Below, one piece after another: positions 44,337-52,858 of a stretch of DNA of 58,743 bases. Within the stretch, counting starts at the first letter, position 1, and every line of letters begins with the position of its first letter. The notes beneath the pieces were generated by a model. That model was not told where the DNA came from, did no database searches, and worked only from the letters and a program-made list of their open reading frames with translations. The stretch comes from an uncultured Gammaproteobacteria bacterium (GTDB lineage Bacteria > Patescibacteriota > Microgenomatia > Levybacterales > UBA12049): positions 1-58,743 of the forward strand of contig CAZYIC010000001.1 in assembly GCA_964646925.1 (NCBI GenBank), given 5' to 3'. Made by a program: the position numbers and the translations under genes.

Positions 44337-45160
44337 TAAATAATAATCCCCCTGCTTAACATCCCAACCAGAATTAGTATCAGCAAAAGATACATAATGT
44401 GATCGATATTATGTCCGACAAAACGCATAATTTTCTTTTTCTCTATAATAATCATATCTAATAAAAGAACAAAAATAAACATAAAAATAGTTACAACGGC
44501 AATATTTGTTGAAAAAGATGAACTATTAATAATGGGCTCTCTATTTATATCCGATGCTGTTGCTACCTCCTGAATTTTGGTATTTTTAGCAATAGGCATA
44601 TTCGGATTACCGAAATATTCAACGATCAAAACAGTTTCATCCCCTTTTAAATTCCCCAACTTTACTGCAAAGCCTACATCGGAATAGTTGGACGAGAGCA
44701 TATTGGATCTATGAGAAGGACTTGCCATCCAGGCTTTTATCACATCTTCGGAAGATGTAAATCCTCTTGCCAGATTTTCCCCCGCGTAGACATATTTGTA
44801 TCCTGAAGAATTAATAAAAACCCAAGGAGTTTTGCCGGTTGGAGAATTATGCGCCCAATAATTATTCTCAAACATGTCGTTTGCCTTTCTGGAAGCTGCT
44901 TGCGAAAGTTTATCGTTAAGAACTAATGAACCGACACCAGCGCTTTTTCTCTCATTGTTAGTCAAAGAAAGAAGCTCTTCCGAGGAAATATCTGCTTTTA
45001 TGCCCAAAACGGAGGGAAAAGCTACTTTTATTCCCTGCATCAGAAATGTTGCTAAAAGAAGAGATGCTATTGTTAGGAGCAAATTTGTATGATGTAAAAT
45101 TTTGGCTCGATGATTATTTGATTCTTTTGGTATAAAAAGATGGTGTAGAAAACCTATCAT
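44336..45160 (-). CDS. CAP/SCP (PR-1-like, YkwD-type) domain protein, membrane anchored at both ends
   Basis: ERKSAGV...NDMFENNYWAHNSP...GENLARGF...AWMASPSHRSNML CAP motifs. Confidence 0.8.
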   Translation of the reverse strand: MIGFLHHLFIPKESNNHRAKILHHTNLLLTIASLLLATFLMQGIKVAFPSVLGIKADISSEELLSLTNNERKSAGVGSLVLNDKLSQAASRKANDMFENNYWAHNSPTGKTPWVFINSSGYKYVYAGENLARGFTSSEDVIKAWMASPSHRSNMLSSNYSDVGFAVKLGNLKGDETVLIVEYFGNPNMPIAKNTKIQEVATASDINREPIINSSSFSTNIAVVTIFMFIFVLLLDMIIIEKKKIMRFVGHNIDHIMYLLLILILVGMLSRGIII

Positions 45161-46053
45161 ATTTTTAGTATATCACTAAATTTTGTAAAGTTAACCGGAA
45201 TGCCTAACGCAAAAGATAAGGCATTTCCGATAGATTCTCCGATACGCCTTCCGGTAAACGATCCTTCTTCCATATTAACATTAATTTCGTCAACATCTTT
45301 TATTTTAATATTTTTATCTTTCAATATTTTATCTATCATTGGTAATGCAACTTGTGTTTGATTGAAATTAATATCTTTCCTTAACCAATTTATTTCATTG
45401 CCAATCCGTAAGCCTACCGCAACTTTTTTATTATTAATCGTATCTATCAACAACGTAATATTTTCAACTTTCAATTTTAAATTTTCAATTTCTACCGCTC
45501 CTTTTCTTAAAACTTTCCATGGCTTTTGGGAACAATCAATAACTGTTGAGGACTTTTTAAGCAAACATTCTCCTTTTACTGCGTAATCTACCAACTTTAA
45601 AAGTTGTGGGTTTAAATCCCTAAATTCATAAGGAGTTTTTTCACCATGAAAATTGGCTGACGGACCTAAAATCGGTACTCCGACTTCAGAAATAATTGTT
45701 TGCGCAACTTCACTGTTAGGAATTCTTACGCCTAAGGTTTCTCCGCCCCCCCGTACTAATAACGGCACATTTGCTCTATTACTATCTAGTATTATAGTGA
45801 GCGCACCGGGCCAATATTTTTCCATTAATTTCTTTGCGTCTTGCGGAATTTCTTTAACATATTTTTTAACCATATCAATATTGCTAAACAAAACAGGGGT
45901 GGCTTTGGCTTTTGGTCTTCTGCGGATTTTAAATAATCTTTCGATTGCGTCTTCATCGTCAATCCTGCAGCCGATTCCAAAAGCAGTGTCTGTTGGAAAA
46001 ATAACAATCCCGCCTTTTTTTAACACTTCAACCGCTTTTTTAATTTCATTCAT
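45157..46053 (-). CDS. tsaC: L-threonylcarbamoyladenylate synthase TsaC/YrdC fused to an N-terminal-half TsaB (YeaZ)-like domain
   Basis: Residues 1 to ~195 are the YrdC fold (VIFPTDTAFGIGC...GVRIP...GPSANFHG). Residues ~200-298, LLIDTINNKKVAVGL...ALPMIDKILKD...EGSFTGRRIGESIGNALSFALGIPVN, align with the TsaB N-terminal subdomain (E. coli ILAIDTATEACSVAL...ILPMVQDIL...[21 protein letters not shown], from memory). Confidence 0.75.
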   Translation of the reverse strand: MNEIKKAVEVLKKGGIVIFPTDTAFGIGCRIDDEDAIERLFKIRRRPKAKATPVLFSNIDMVKKYVKEIPQDAKKLMEKYWPGALTIILDSNRANVPLLVRGGGETLGVRIPNSEVAQTIISEVGVPILGPSANFHGEKTPYEFRDLNPQLLKLVDYAVKGECLLKKSSTVIDCSQKPWKVLRKGAVEIENLKLKVENITLLIDTINNKKVAVGLRIGNEINWLRKDINFNQTQVALPMIDKILKDKNIKIKDVDEINVNMEEGSFTGRRIGESIGNALSFALGIPVNFTKFSDILKI

Positions 46054-46072
46054 AATTCCTAAATCATAAATC

Positions 46073-46522
46073 TTAAATCTCTTCTACCGCTATTCTCCTT
46101 TTATCGTCACTCAAATGCTCAAGAAAGATGTCAATTCTCTTTTTCGGCAATGACTTTCCCATTTTTTCCGCCCACTCTATCACAACAATATTATTTTTAT
46201 TATTTATAATCTCCTCGAGTCCCAAGCTCTCAATTTCTCCTTTGCTCTCAATTCTATACAAATCTATGTGATAAAAATTTTTAAATCCTAAATCGCAATG
46301 CTTAAATCTATAATTTCGGATAATAATAAATGTCGGCGATATTATTCTTTTTTTTATCCCCAAACCTTTTGCTAACCCCTGAACAAGAGTAGTCTTGCCG
46401 CTTCCCAAATCTCCATAAAGACAAACAACATCTCCTGCACGCAGACTTTTTGCAAAGTCACGGCCTAGTTTCTTCGTCTCTTCAGAATTATTTGTAATAG
46501 AATTATTTTCTTTAGTTTTCAT
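46073..46522 (-). CDS. tsaE: tRNA t6A37 biosynthesis ATPase TsaE
   Basis: 149 aa. GDLGSGKTTLVQGLAKGLGI Walker A motif and SPTF motif. Confidence 0.9.
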   Translation of the reverse strand: MKTKENNSITNNSEETKKLGRDFAKSLRAGDVVCLYGDLGSGKTTLVQGLAKGLGIKKRIISPTFIIIRNYRFKHCDLGFKNFYHIDLYRIESKGEIESLGLEEIINNKNNIVVIEWAEKMGKSLPKKRIDIFLEHLSDDKRRIAVEEI

Positions 46523-46562
46523 CTTGCTTGTTTCAATGATTTAAATCATTGAAGTATTTTAC

Positions 46563-47405
46563 TTAAGAATTCTGTTTTTTATTTTTAATGTAAAACCGAA
46601 AAGATAGTATAGCACACGCAATTAACAAAATTGCCCCAATACCAATGAGAATTTTTTGAAACCAACTACTATTAGAACTTTCTGTTTTATCTGCAATTAA
46701 TGAATTCTCATTAAAAGACTCCATGTCTGTAGCTGAAGCTACTTCCCCGCTTTCCGTACTCTCTCCCAATATATCTGTTGGTAAAATTTCTTCCGTTGTT
46801 GGCGTAATTGATGGTTTTAAGGTAGGAGTAGGGGTAGGCGTATGACTCGGGGTAGGCGTTGGTGTTTTTATCGGTGTAGGAGTATTTGTTGGAAAAGATG
46901 TAGGCGTGGGTGTTGGAGTTGGTGTGGGAGTATCTGTTGGAATGGGTGTTGGAGTAGGAACAATAATATCAATACTAACAATGTTTGACCAAGCTGCAGT
47001 ACTGCCTGTTTGAGTATATCTTCCAATTTTTAGATCATATGCCCCACTTCCTGTTGTAAAATTTGGATCATCAGAGTCTATCTTACCCTGAATATTTCCT
47101 CCCCAGACCCCATTACCATCCGTTGTTACAGATAGGTAATTACCATCATTTATAGAACCGTAATGCCAACTAGTTCCGTCAAACGTTGATCCAAAATAAT
47201 TACTTGTTCCCGTCTCCGCTAAAGCCATACGAAGTCTATATATGGCATTTTTTGATAATCCGCTCATTGTTGCCGTAACAGTAAATGCAGTATCAAGGGT
47301 TAGTGTTTCTGATGGATAGGACGTAATTGAAGGAGCAGCTGCAAAAACAGGATTAGCAAAATGCAGGAAAAAGAAAAACGCAATAAAGCCAATTACCGCC
47401 TTCAT
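46563..47405 (-). CDS. Secreted protein with a Pro/Thr-rich linker and a C-terminal TM anchor
   Basis: Signal peptide, a beta-rich domain, then [47 protein letters not shown], and a C-terminal TM segment followed by KNKKQ. Confidence 0.6.
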   Translation of the reverse strand: MKAVIGFIAFFFFLHFANPVFAAAPSITSYPSETLTLDTAFTVTATMSGLSKNAIYRLRMALAETGTSNYFGSTFDGTSWHYGSINDGNYLSVTTDGNGVWGGNIQGKIDSDDPNFTTGSGAYDLKIGRYTQTGSTAAWSNIVSIDIIVPTPTPIPTDTPTPTPTPTPTSFPTNTPTPIKTPTPTPSHTPTPTPTLKPSITPTTEEILPTDILGESTESGEVASATDMESFNENSLIADKTESSNSSWFQKILIGIGAILLIACAILSFRFYIKNKKQNS

Positions 47406-48569
47406 TTAATTATTGGGAGCTATATGCAAATAAAACGTTTTTATGCCATCACTCTGATCAACTCTTGAAAAAAGCAACCGGCCTCCCCCGCAAGAGATAT
47501 TTCCCCTAAATAATTCTCCGTCTTTTACAGAATAAACTTCTGGTGAGCTGGAATATATGTCTATTCCCGTATGCGGTCCTCCATTATACCAGTTAAGTCT
47601 TGCCCAAGTGGTCATCCCATATCCCTGCTCTATATAAATAGGGTCATTAAGAGGCCATCTCCAAGAACCGCCAAAAGAAAATTGTCCGTCCGGAGAATTT
47701 TCAAAAGTTACGGATTTATTGGTGAGGTATCCGCTCGGATCCTGGTAGTTGCCATCCTTATGTACTTCAAAATGCAAATGAGTGCCCGAAGAGCATGCGG
47801 ATTTTCCACTTATCATATATCCGATTAAATCTCCCTCCTTAACTTTTCCCACAGATACCGCATTCCCCCCGCCGGCAGCAATACTTTCAATAGCCCGTTG
47901 CTCCGCTAAAGCCGCTTGGAGCTTTTGCTGATAAACTAGTTCGTCATTTTTCGTAACACTTAATAATGTTTCTTTATCAGCCATTTCCTGTTCGAGTTGA
48001 TTTGTATACGCTTCCAGTTGTTTTTTAAGGGATTCGACTTTTTCTCTTTTTGTTTCAAGGATATTTCTTTGATTCGCATAATCACTTTTTGCCTGTTGAA
48101 CGTCTATCATAAGTTTCTTGTCGTGGTCTCGCGCAATTCTTAGATAGTTCAATTTTGCCAGCAGATTAGAAGCATCGGAAGAGGATAAGAGGATCTCCAA
48201 TGGCTGGGCTCGTCCCGCTTTATATGTTGCGATAATTCTATTTATTAATACTTCCGCAATTTTATTCAAAGAATCGGAAAGTGTAGAAATTTTTTTTGTT
48301 GCGGTATCAATATCCAATGTAAGATCAAGCACTTCTCTTTTGTTGGCTTCTATTCTTGCCTCTGTTAATTTTATTTGATTATCCATTATGGAAATCTGAG
48401 AAGATAGAGTTTTGGCTTGACCTTTAAGATCATTAACTTTATTTTGCAGGCAATTAACTTTTTCCTGACCGGATTTATCATCACACTCTACAGCCTTAAC
48501 AATTAATGAGGTATTAAAAAAAACTAATAATCCCAGCAGAGAGAATATAAATAGTATTTTTTTTATCAT
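47406..48569 (-). CDS. M23 peptidase with an N-terminal coiled coil (EnvC-like)
   Basis: Long coiled coil, then M23 motifs (HLHFEVH, HTGIDI). Directly downstream of ftsEX. Confidence 0.8.
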   Translation of the reverse strand: MIKKILFIFSLLGLLVFFNTSLIVKAVECDDKSGQEKVNCLQNKVNDLKGQAKTLSSQISIMDNQIKLTEARIEANKREVLDLTLDIDTATKKISTLSDSLNKIAEVLINRIIATYKAGRAQPLEILLSSSDASNLLAKLNYLRIARDHDKKLMIDVQQAKSDYANQRNILETKREKVESLKKQLEAYTNQLEQEMADKETLLSVTKNDELVYQQKLQAALAEQRAIESIAAGGGNAVSVGKVKEGDLIGYMISGKSACSSGTHLHFEVHKDGNYQDPSGYLTNKSVTFENSPDGQFSFGGSWRWPLNDPIYIEQGYGMTTWARLNWYNGGPHTGIDIYSSSPEVYSVKDGELFRGNISCGGGRLLFSRVDQSDGIKTFYLHIAPNN

Positions 48570-48577
48570 AAAACATA

Positions 48578-49444
48578 TTATTTAAGATATCTTAATACTG
48601 CTACAAAACTGGAAACTATTCCCAAAATCACGGCAATCATTATTTCCGCTCCCAAAAGCTCCAACAGCAAAATCCAGGAAAGAGGAAAAACCGGAATTCC
48701 TTTGAGAAAAGATGATAGAAATGGTGCTATGTACCACAAGACGCCGCTCGCAATTCCAAAGCCCAATACAGCCCCAATAAATCCATAAAAAATTCCTTCA
48801 AAAATAAAAGGCCATCTGACATACCAATTGCTTGCGCCGATTAACTTCATGATTTCTATGTCTTCCTTCTTCTGCGATATTTTTATTCCGATAATAATTG
48901 CCATAATGAAAATGGACACCAAAGATAGAGTAATTATTAATCCCATCCCAATATTTCTCAGGGCGTTCGTCCATGATGTCAAAACAGAAACAACATCTTT
49001 CTGAAAAATCACTTCCGATACTAAAGGCGATGCTTTTAATGCATTATTTACCTCGGATAAATCCGATATTTTTACTGTTGATATTTCCAAACTTGCCGGC
49101 AAAATATCCGCAGTTACCAATTCCAAAAGTAACGGGTCGTTTTTATTCTGTTCTCTGTAAATTTTCAGAGCATCTTGTTTGGAAACAAATTTTATATCTG
49201 CAATTTTGCTGGACTTCATCAAGCTATTTTTAAGACTATCCATATCCTGTTTTTTCACTTCCTGGCGGAAAAATGCAGTAACCTGGGGTATTGACTCAAA
49301 ATAACTAATTGCTTTTGTCGAGCCGTAGAGAATAAAGCTGAAAAAAGACACAAATAGAAAGGTAAGAGTCATAATAAAAACCGCAGCGAAAGCTTGATAT
49401 GGAGAACGTCTGATATTGTGCCATGTTGTTTTAAGAGTTTTCAT
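48578..49444 (-). CDS. ftsX: Cell division permease FtsX
   Basis: 288 aa. One TM segment, a periplasmic domain, then 3 TM segments. Overlaps ftsE. Confidence 0.85.
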   Translation of the reverse strand: MKTLKTTWHNIRRSPYQAFAAVFIMTLTFLFVSFFSFILYGSTKAISYFESIPQVTAFFRQEVKKQDMDSLKNSLMKSSKIADIKFVSKQDALKIYREQNKNDPLLLELVTADILPASLEISTVKISDLSEVNNALKASPLVSEVIFQKDVVSVLTSWTNALRNIGMGLIITLSLVSIFIMAIIIGIKISQKKEDIEIMKLIGASNWYVRWPFIFEGIFYGFIGAVLGFGIASGVLWYIAPFLSSFLKGIPVFPLSWILLLELLGAEIMIAVILGIVSSFVAVLRYLK

Positions 49445-50112
49445 TTTTTCTTTCTATCATCCCTTGCCAGTTGCCCCTTATCCAAAGCAATGATTCTTTT
49501 TGAGAGTGTTTTTACAATGTCTACATTGTGGGTTGCCATAATTATAGTCGTGCCTTTTTTGTTAATTTCGGATAAAAGTTTGACAATTTCCATAGCTGTT
49601 TCCTGATCAAGATTTCCGGTCGGTTCATCTGCCAAAATAATGTCAGGAGAGAGAATTAAAGCACGCGCAATTGCAGCTCTTTGAAGTTCTCCTCCGGAAA
49701 GTTGAATCGGAAATTTATCTTTGTGGCTTAAAATCCCAACCTTTTTCATTATCTCCTCCGCTATTTTTTTTGCATTTTGAGAATTTATTCCCGAAACTTC
49801 AAGAGGTAAAATAATATTCTCAAAAATAGTTCTGTCCATTAACAATTTTAAATCCTGAAATACTACTCCTATTTTTTTTCTAAGATGGTGAATTTTACTT
49901 CCCGGGAGTTTTATAATATCCCAATTGTCAATAGTAATTTCGCCGGTTGTCGGAAGAGCCTCTCGTGTTAGAAGTCTGAAAATTGTGGTCTTGCCGCTTC
50001 CTGTCGGGCCTACCAAAAAAACAAATTCACCTTTTTCGATTTCAAAACTGACATCTGAAAGTGCAAAAACTCCGGTACGAAATTGTTTTGAAACTTTATC
50101 AAGGCGTATCAT
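49441..50112 (-). CDS. ftsE: Cell division ATP-binding protein FtsE
   Basis: GPTGSGKTT, LSGGELQR and ILADEPTGNLD motifs. Confidence 0.93.
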   Translation of the reverse strand: MIRLDKVSKQFRTGVFALSDVSFEIEKGEFVFLVGPTGSGKTTIFRLLTREALPTTGEITIDNWDIIKLPGSKIHHLRKKIGVVFQDLKLLMDRTIFENIILPLEVSGINSQNAKKIAEEIMKKVGILSHKDKFPIQLSGGELQRAAIARALILSPDIILADEPTGNLDQETAMEIVKLLSEINKKGTTIIMATHNVDIVKTLSKRIIALDKGQLARDDRKKK

Positions 50113-50145
50113 AAAAATTTAATTTTGTAGAATAAAAACGGGAAG

Positions 50146-50634
50146 CTACTCAGTTACCTCTACTTTACCTACATCCATTAACCAACCTGCATACTGCGCT
50201 TTTTGAGTTTCTCCCCAAACTTTGATCTTTTTTCCAATAAAGCCGGATAAATCCAAAGTCGAAGACGTCAGATAAACATTTTGACTGTCTCCGCCGGGAC
50301 GAACCAGATGGAATTGACCCTCCCCATTAATTCCGCCGTTTTTCAAAGTTCCGCTTGCGGTATCTTTAAACGTTTTTGTGTCTCCCGATCCTACAACAGT
50401 TCCTTTTGAAACTTTAGAGGAATCGATAAATCCTGAGGTGGGGGTATTTCCGCCGCCTCCTCCTTTGATAGCGCTTAATGCATAACCGGTAACTCCGCCC
50501 AAAACAATAGATATAATTAAAAAAATCAATAATTTTTGCGTAAAAATAGATTTATTCGTACTATTATTGAAGTTATGAATTAAGGGTTTTTCGGTCGACA
50601 TGTCTTTTCCCGGGCCGCTTGATTTCTTTTCCAT
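50146..50634 (-). CDS. Hypothetical membrane-anchored protein
   Basis: 162 aa. One TM segment, a Gly-rich linker and a small beta-rich domain. No family recognised. Confidence 0.45.
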   Translation of the reverse strand: MEKKSSGPGKDMSTEKPLIHNFNNSTNKSIFTQKLLIFLIISIVLGGVTGYALSAIKGGGGGNTPTSGFIDSSKVSKGTVVGSGDTKTFKDTASGTLKNGGINGEGQFHLVRPGGDSQNVYLTSSTLDLSGFIGKKIKVWGETQKAQYAGWLMDVGKVEVTE

Positions 50635-50693
50635 AGATATATATTCTCCTAGTTAATCACAAAACTTCTCTTTTGGCAACCCCGAATTGACCA

Positions 50694-50702
50694 TGCTATA
50701 AT
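50694..50702 (+). promoter_or_regulatory. Extended -10 promoter (TGCTATAAT) 9 nt upstream of the paralog-1 ATG
   Basis: TTGGCA-N18-TGCTATAAT. Homologous to the box upstream of paralog 2 (cATGyTATAATrCAC). Confidence 0.5.
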
Positions 50703-50711
50703 GCACCTAAT

Positions 50712-51308
50712 ATGACTGAGGGTAGAGAAAGCCATCGAAGAGATCTTGAAACAGATCTTTTTGCAATAGCAAGAAGATCTGAAACCATTGTGAATAAGTT
50801 GCTCGAAAATAAACATCCATACGCAAAGAAAATAGATGATGGAAACAAGATGGCTGCTTTCTTTTTTGATAACGGTATAGACCTAACTATTGGAATTTTG
50901 GATCATGATCCTAAAGGTATAGATTTAAAACCCCCAATCTATTAGTTTAACATACATACGGACAATATCTCACAGGTCACGAGCCGCTATGGTTGGGTAT
51001 CAAATACTACAATAGGAGGAGATAATAAACCTTATTGCGTAACTAATTCATTCTTTTTTGATTCCGAGGGCAAATCAGTAAAAATTGAAATGTTTACCTT
51101 GCTTCAAGACGGAGACGAAACACCTGAAGAAGCTTTATTAGATTATTATAACGATGATAACGAAATAGAACCGACAATAAAAAGACTTGATGTTGTTCCC
51201 ACACAAGAGCCACAAGTAGTTCCGCTAGATGGCGGCGACTATGAAAAAATACTGTATTTTTTAGATAAGATAGAATCTGGAGAATATCACCAACCTCTTA
51301 ATTATTAG
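50712..51308 (+). pseudogene. Paralog 1 of an unknown protein family; single reading frame interrupted by an in-frame TAG at 50943-50945
   Basis: Track ORFs 50712-50945 and 51090-51308 are in the same frame with only this one stop between them. The stretch between TAG and the next ATG still encodes sequence homologous to paralog 2 (SFFFDSEGKSVKIEM versus VYLFDSNGKAVKVEV). Confidence 0.7.
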
Positions 51309-51402
51309 AAAGTAACTATAATAACTCTCTCACTACGTTCACTACGTTTGCAAATATTCTCAACCTTCCAGGTTACGTAGATTCGCTATCTACTATTATT
51401 GC

Positions 51403-52074
51403 CTAATCATCTAGGGTCAAATGCTTAATCTTTTCCAATTCTTTTCCGTAGCCAATCTGATCGAAAACAAACCTTTTGTATTCTTGAGGATTTTTGAAGT
51501 GACTAAGTACGGGTTCCATTTCTATTTGCGATGAATTTCCAATAATATAGTCAGGAAGAGACGACCAAGGATAGGAAAAAAGATCATCTTCCCTTACCAC
51601 ATTAGAAACTACCGGATTAAGATGAATATAACGAGAAAGATGCAATAGTTGCTCATCAGTTTCAACGTGGACAGACTTAAAAACCCCTTGGAACAAAGGG
51701 CCAACTCTTTCATTTAAAGTATTAAAATACCTAGTATAGCTGTTTGTAAATTGACTTGTAAATTTAGATATACCGTTGTCTTGATTTTGTTTAAGAAGAA
51801 AGTGAAAATGATTAGGCATTAAAACAAAAGCCACAATATCAACAAGTTTCTCAGTTTTCTGCAGTGAGCCCAAAAGTTGTTGGCGTTCTTCCTGAGAAAA
51901 CTCTTTAAACCTTGCAAGCGAAACGGGAGGATGTGCATGTCTATAATAAGAGAATGTAAGCATTGCTTGTTTGTGCTCGGCTCTCGAAATAAAAGTGGGA
52001 GCTCTCGCGACACCTCGATTAAATATATGATAAAACTCGCCATTAACCAATGGTGTGCGACGAACAAAAGACAT
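51403..52074 (-). CDS. IS200-like Y1 (HUH) tyrosine transposase of the REP-associated (RAYT/TnpA-REP) type
   Basis: 223 aa. YHIFNRG, HUH motif MPNHFHFLL, and catalytic Tyr region SRYIHLNPV. Confidence 0.8.
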   Translation of the reverse strand: MSFVRRTPLVNGEFYHIFNRGVARAPTFISRAEHKQAMLTFSYYRHAHPPVSLARFKEFSQEERQQLLGSLQKTEKLVDIVAFVLMPNHFHFLLKQNQDNGISKFTSQFTNSYTRYFNTLNERVGPLFQGVFKSVHVETDEQLLHLSRYIHLNPVVSNVVREDDLFSYPWSSLPDYIIGNSSQIEMEPVLSHFKNPQEYKRFVFDQIGYGKELEKIKHLTLDD

Positions 52075-52135
52075 ATATTCTTTGTAATAAATAAAAGGAC
52101 AAAAGTCAAGAGGTTGAGAGGCTATTTAACCCTCC

Positions 52136-52192
52136 AGGTTAAGGAATAGGTTACAGGTTAAGGAATACAGGTTAAGGAATAGGTTAAGGAAT
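52136..52192. repeat. Tandem array of AGGTTAAGGAAT (4 copies plus one AGGTTAC) upstream of the RAYT promoter
   Basis: Copies at 52136-52147, 52155-52166, 52169-52180 and 52181-52192. Ends in the palindrome GGAATTCC (52188-52195). Confidence 0.85.
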
Positions 52193-52214
52193 TCCTGTCT
52201 CAAAGCTCCAATCA

Positions 52215-52223
52215 TGTTATAAT
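52215..52223 (+). promoter_or_regulatory. Extended -10 promoter (TGTTATAAT) 8 nt upstream of the paralog-2 ATG (52232)
   Basis: Homologous to the paralog-1 promoter box. Confidence 0.5.
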
Positions 52224-52231
52224 ACACAGCT

Positions 52232-52858
52232 ATGAAGAACGAGCGAAACACTGGAATAAACCCAGAATTAGAAATAAAAAATCACTTAATAGCAAATAGG
52301 ATTAGGGACATAATGTTAAGAAATGATACTGATCCTGATAAGTAATGGGCTGACATACTGGATTTTTGTAGCCCTATTGATCAACAGAGATTAGTGCTTA
52401 CTACCATTGTGAAAGAAAAAGAAGGAGAGGAAGTGGTTGAATTAGATTTCAAAGTGCCACCAGGACTCACGCGGACAATCTACTACTTTGAAATAAATCC
52501 TGCAAGAGAAAGCAGAACTGAGCATCAACCCACGTCTCAATACGGAAATTTACCATCTAGAGTAATAGGTCTTGACGATAAACTCTACCAAATACGCAAT
52601 GTCTATCTTTTCGATTCTAATGGCAAAGCAGTAAAAGTTGAGGTTGTATCAACTGACCAAGAAGATGAAGAAAGCCTTAATGAATACTTAGCGGAAGATG
52701 GATATTCTGATGAAGAAAAAGAAAAGTTAAAAAGACTAGATTTTATTCCTACTGAAGAACAAAGAACAATTCCATTGCGCCCCGGAGATTATGAACAGGT
52801 ATTATATTTTTTAGATAAAATCGACATGGGAGAATATAGGCCGGAGTGGTACTTATAG
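52232..52858 (+). pseudogene. Paralog 2 of the same family; the frame from ATG 52232 is interrupted by an in-frame TAA at 52343-52345. A truncated product from GTG 52394 remains possible
   Basis: ATG 52232 lies in the same promoter context as paralog 1 and in the same frame as track ORF 52394-52858. My hand translation found only one stop between them. Confidence 0.55.

Noticed and set aside
46790-46960. DNA-level repeat GGTGTTGG/GGAGTAGG that might have been a mobile or satellite repeat
   Set aside because: It is the coding image of the Pro/Thr linker of the surface protein (46563-47405): low-complexity coding sequence, not an independent element.
50943-50945. Stop-codon reassignment (TAG or TAA as sense; or UGA as Gly, as in codes 25/4)
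   Set aside because: TAG terminates lon (6495), corA (9985) and the RAYT gene at the expected protein lengths. TGA terminates secD, NUDIX and rfbD, and RF2 is encoded. TAA is widely used as a stop. Each in-frame stop in the paralogs is one substitution away from the sense codon it aligns with in the other copy.
52136-52192. Possible CRISPR array or other spacer-containing repeat
   Set aside because: The units are 12 nt and directly abutting, with only 0-7 nt between them. There are no spacers and no cas genes in the window.
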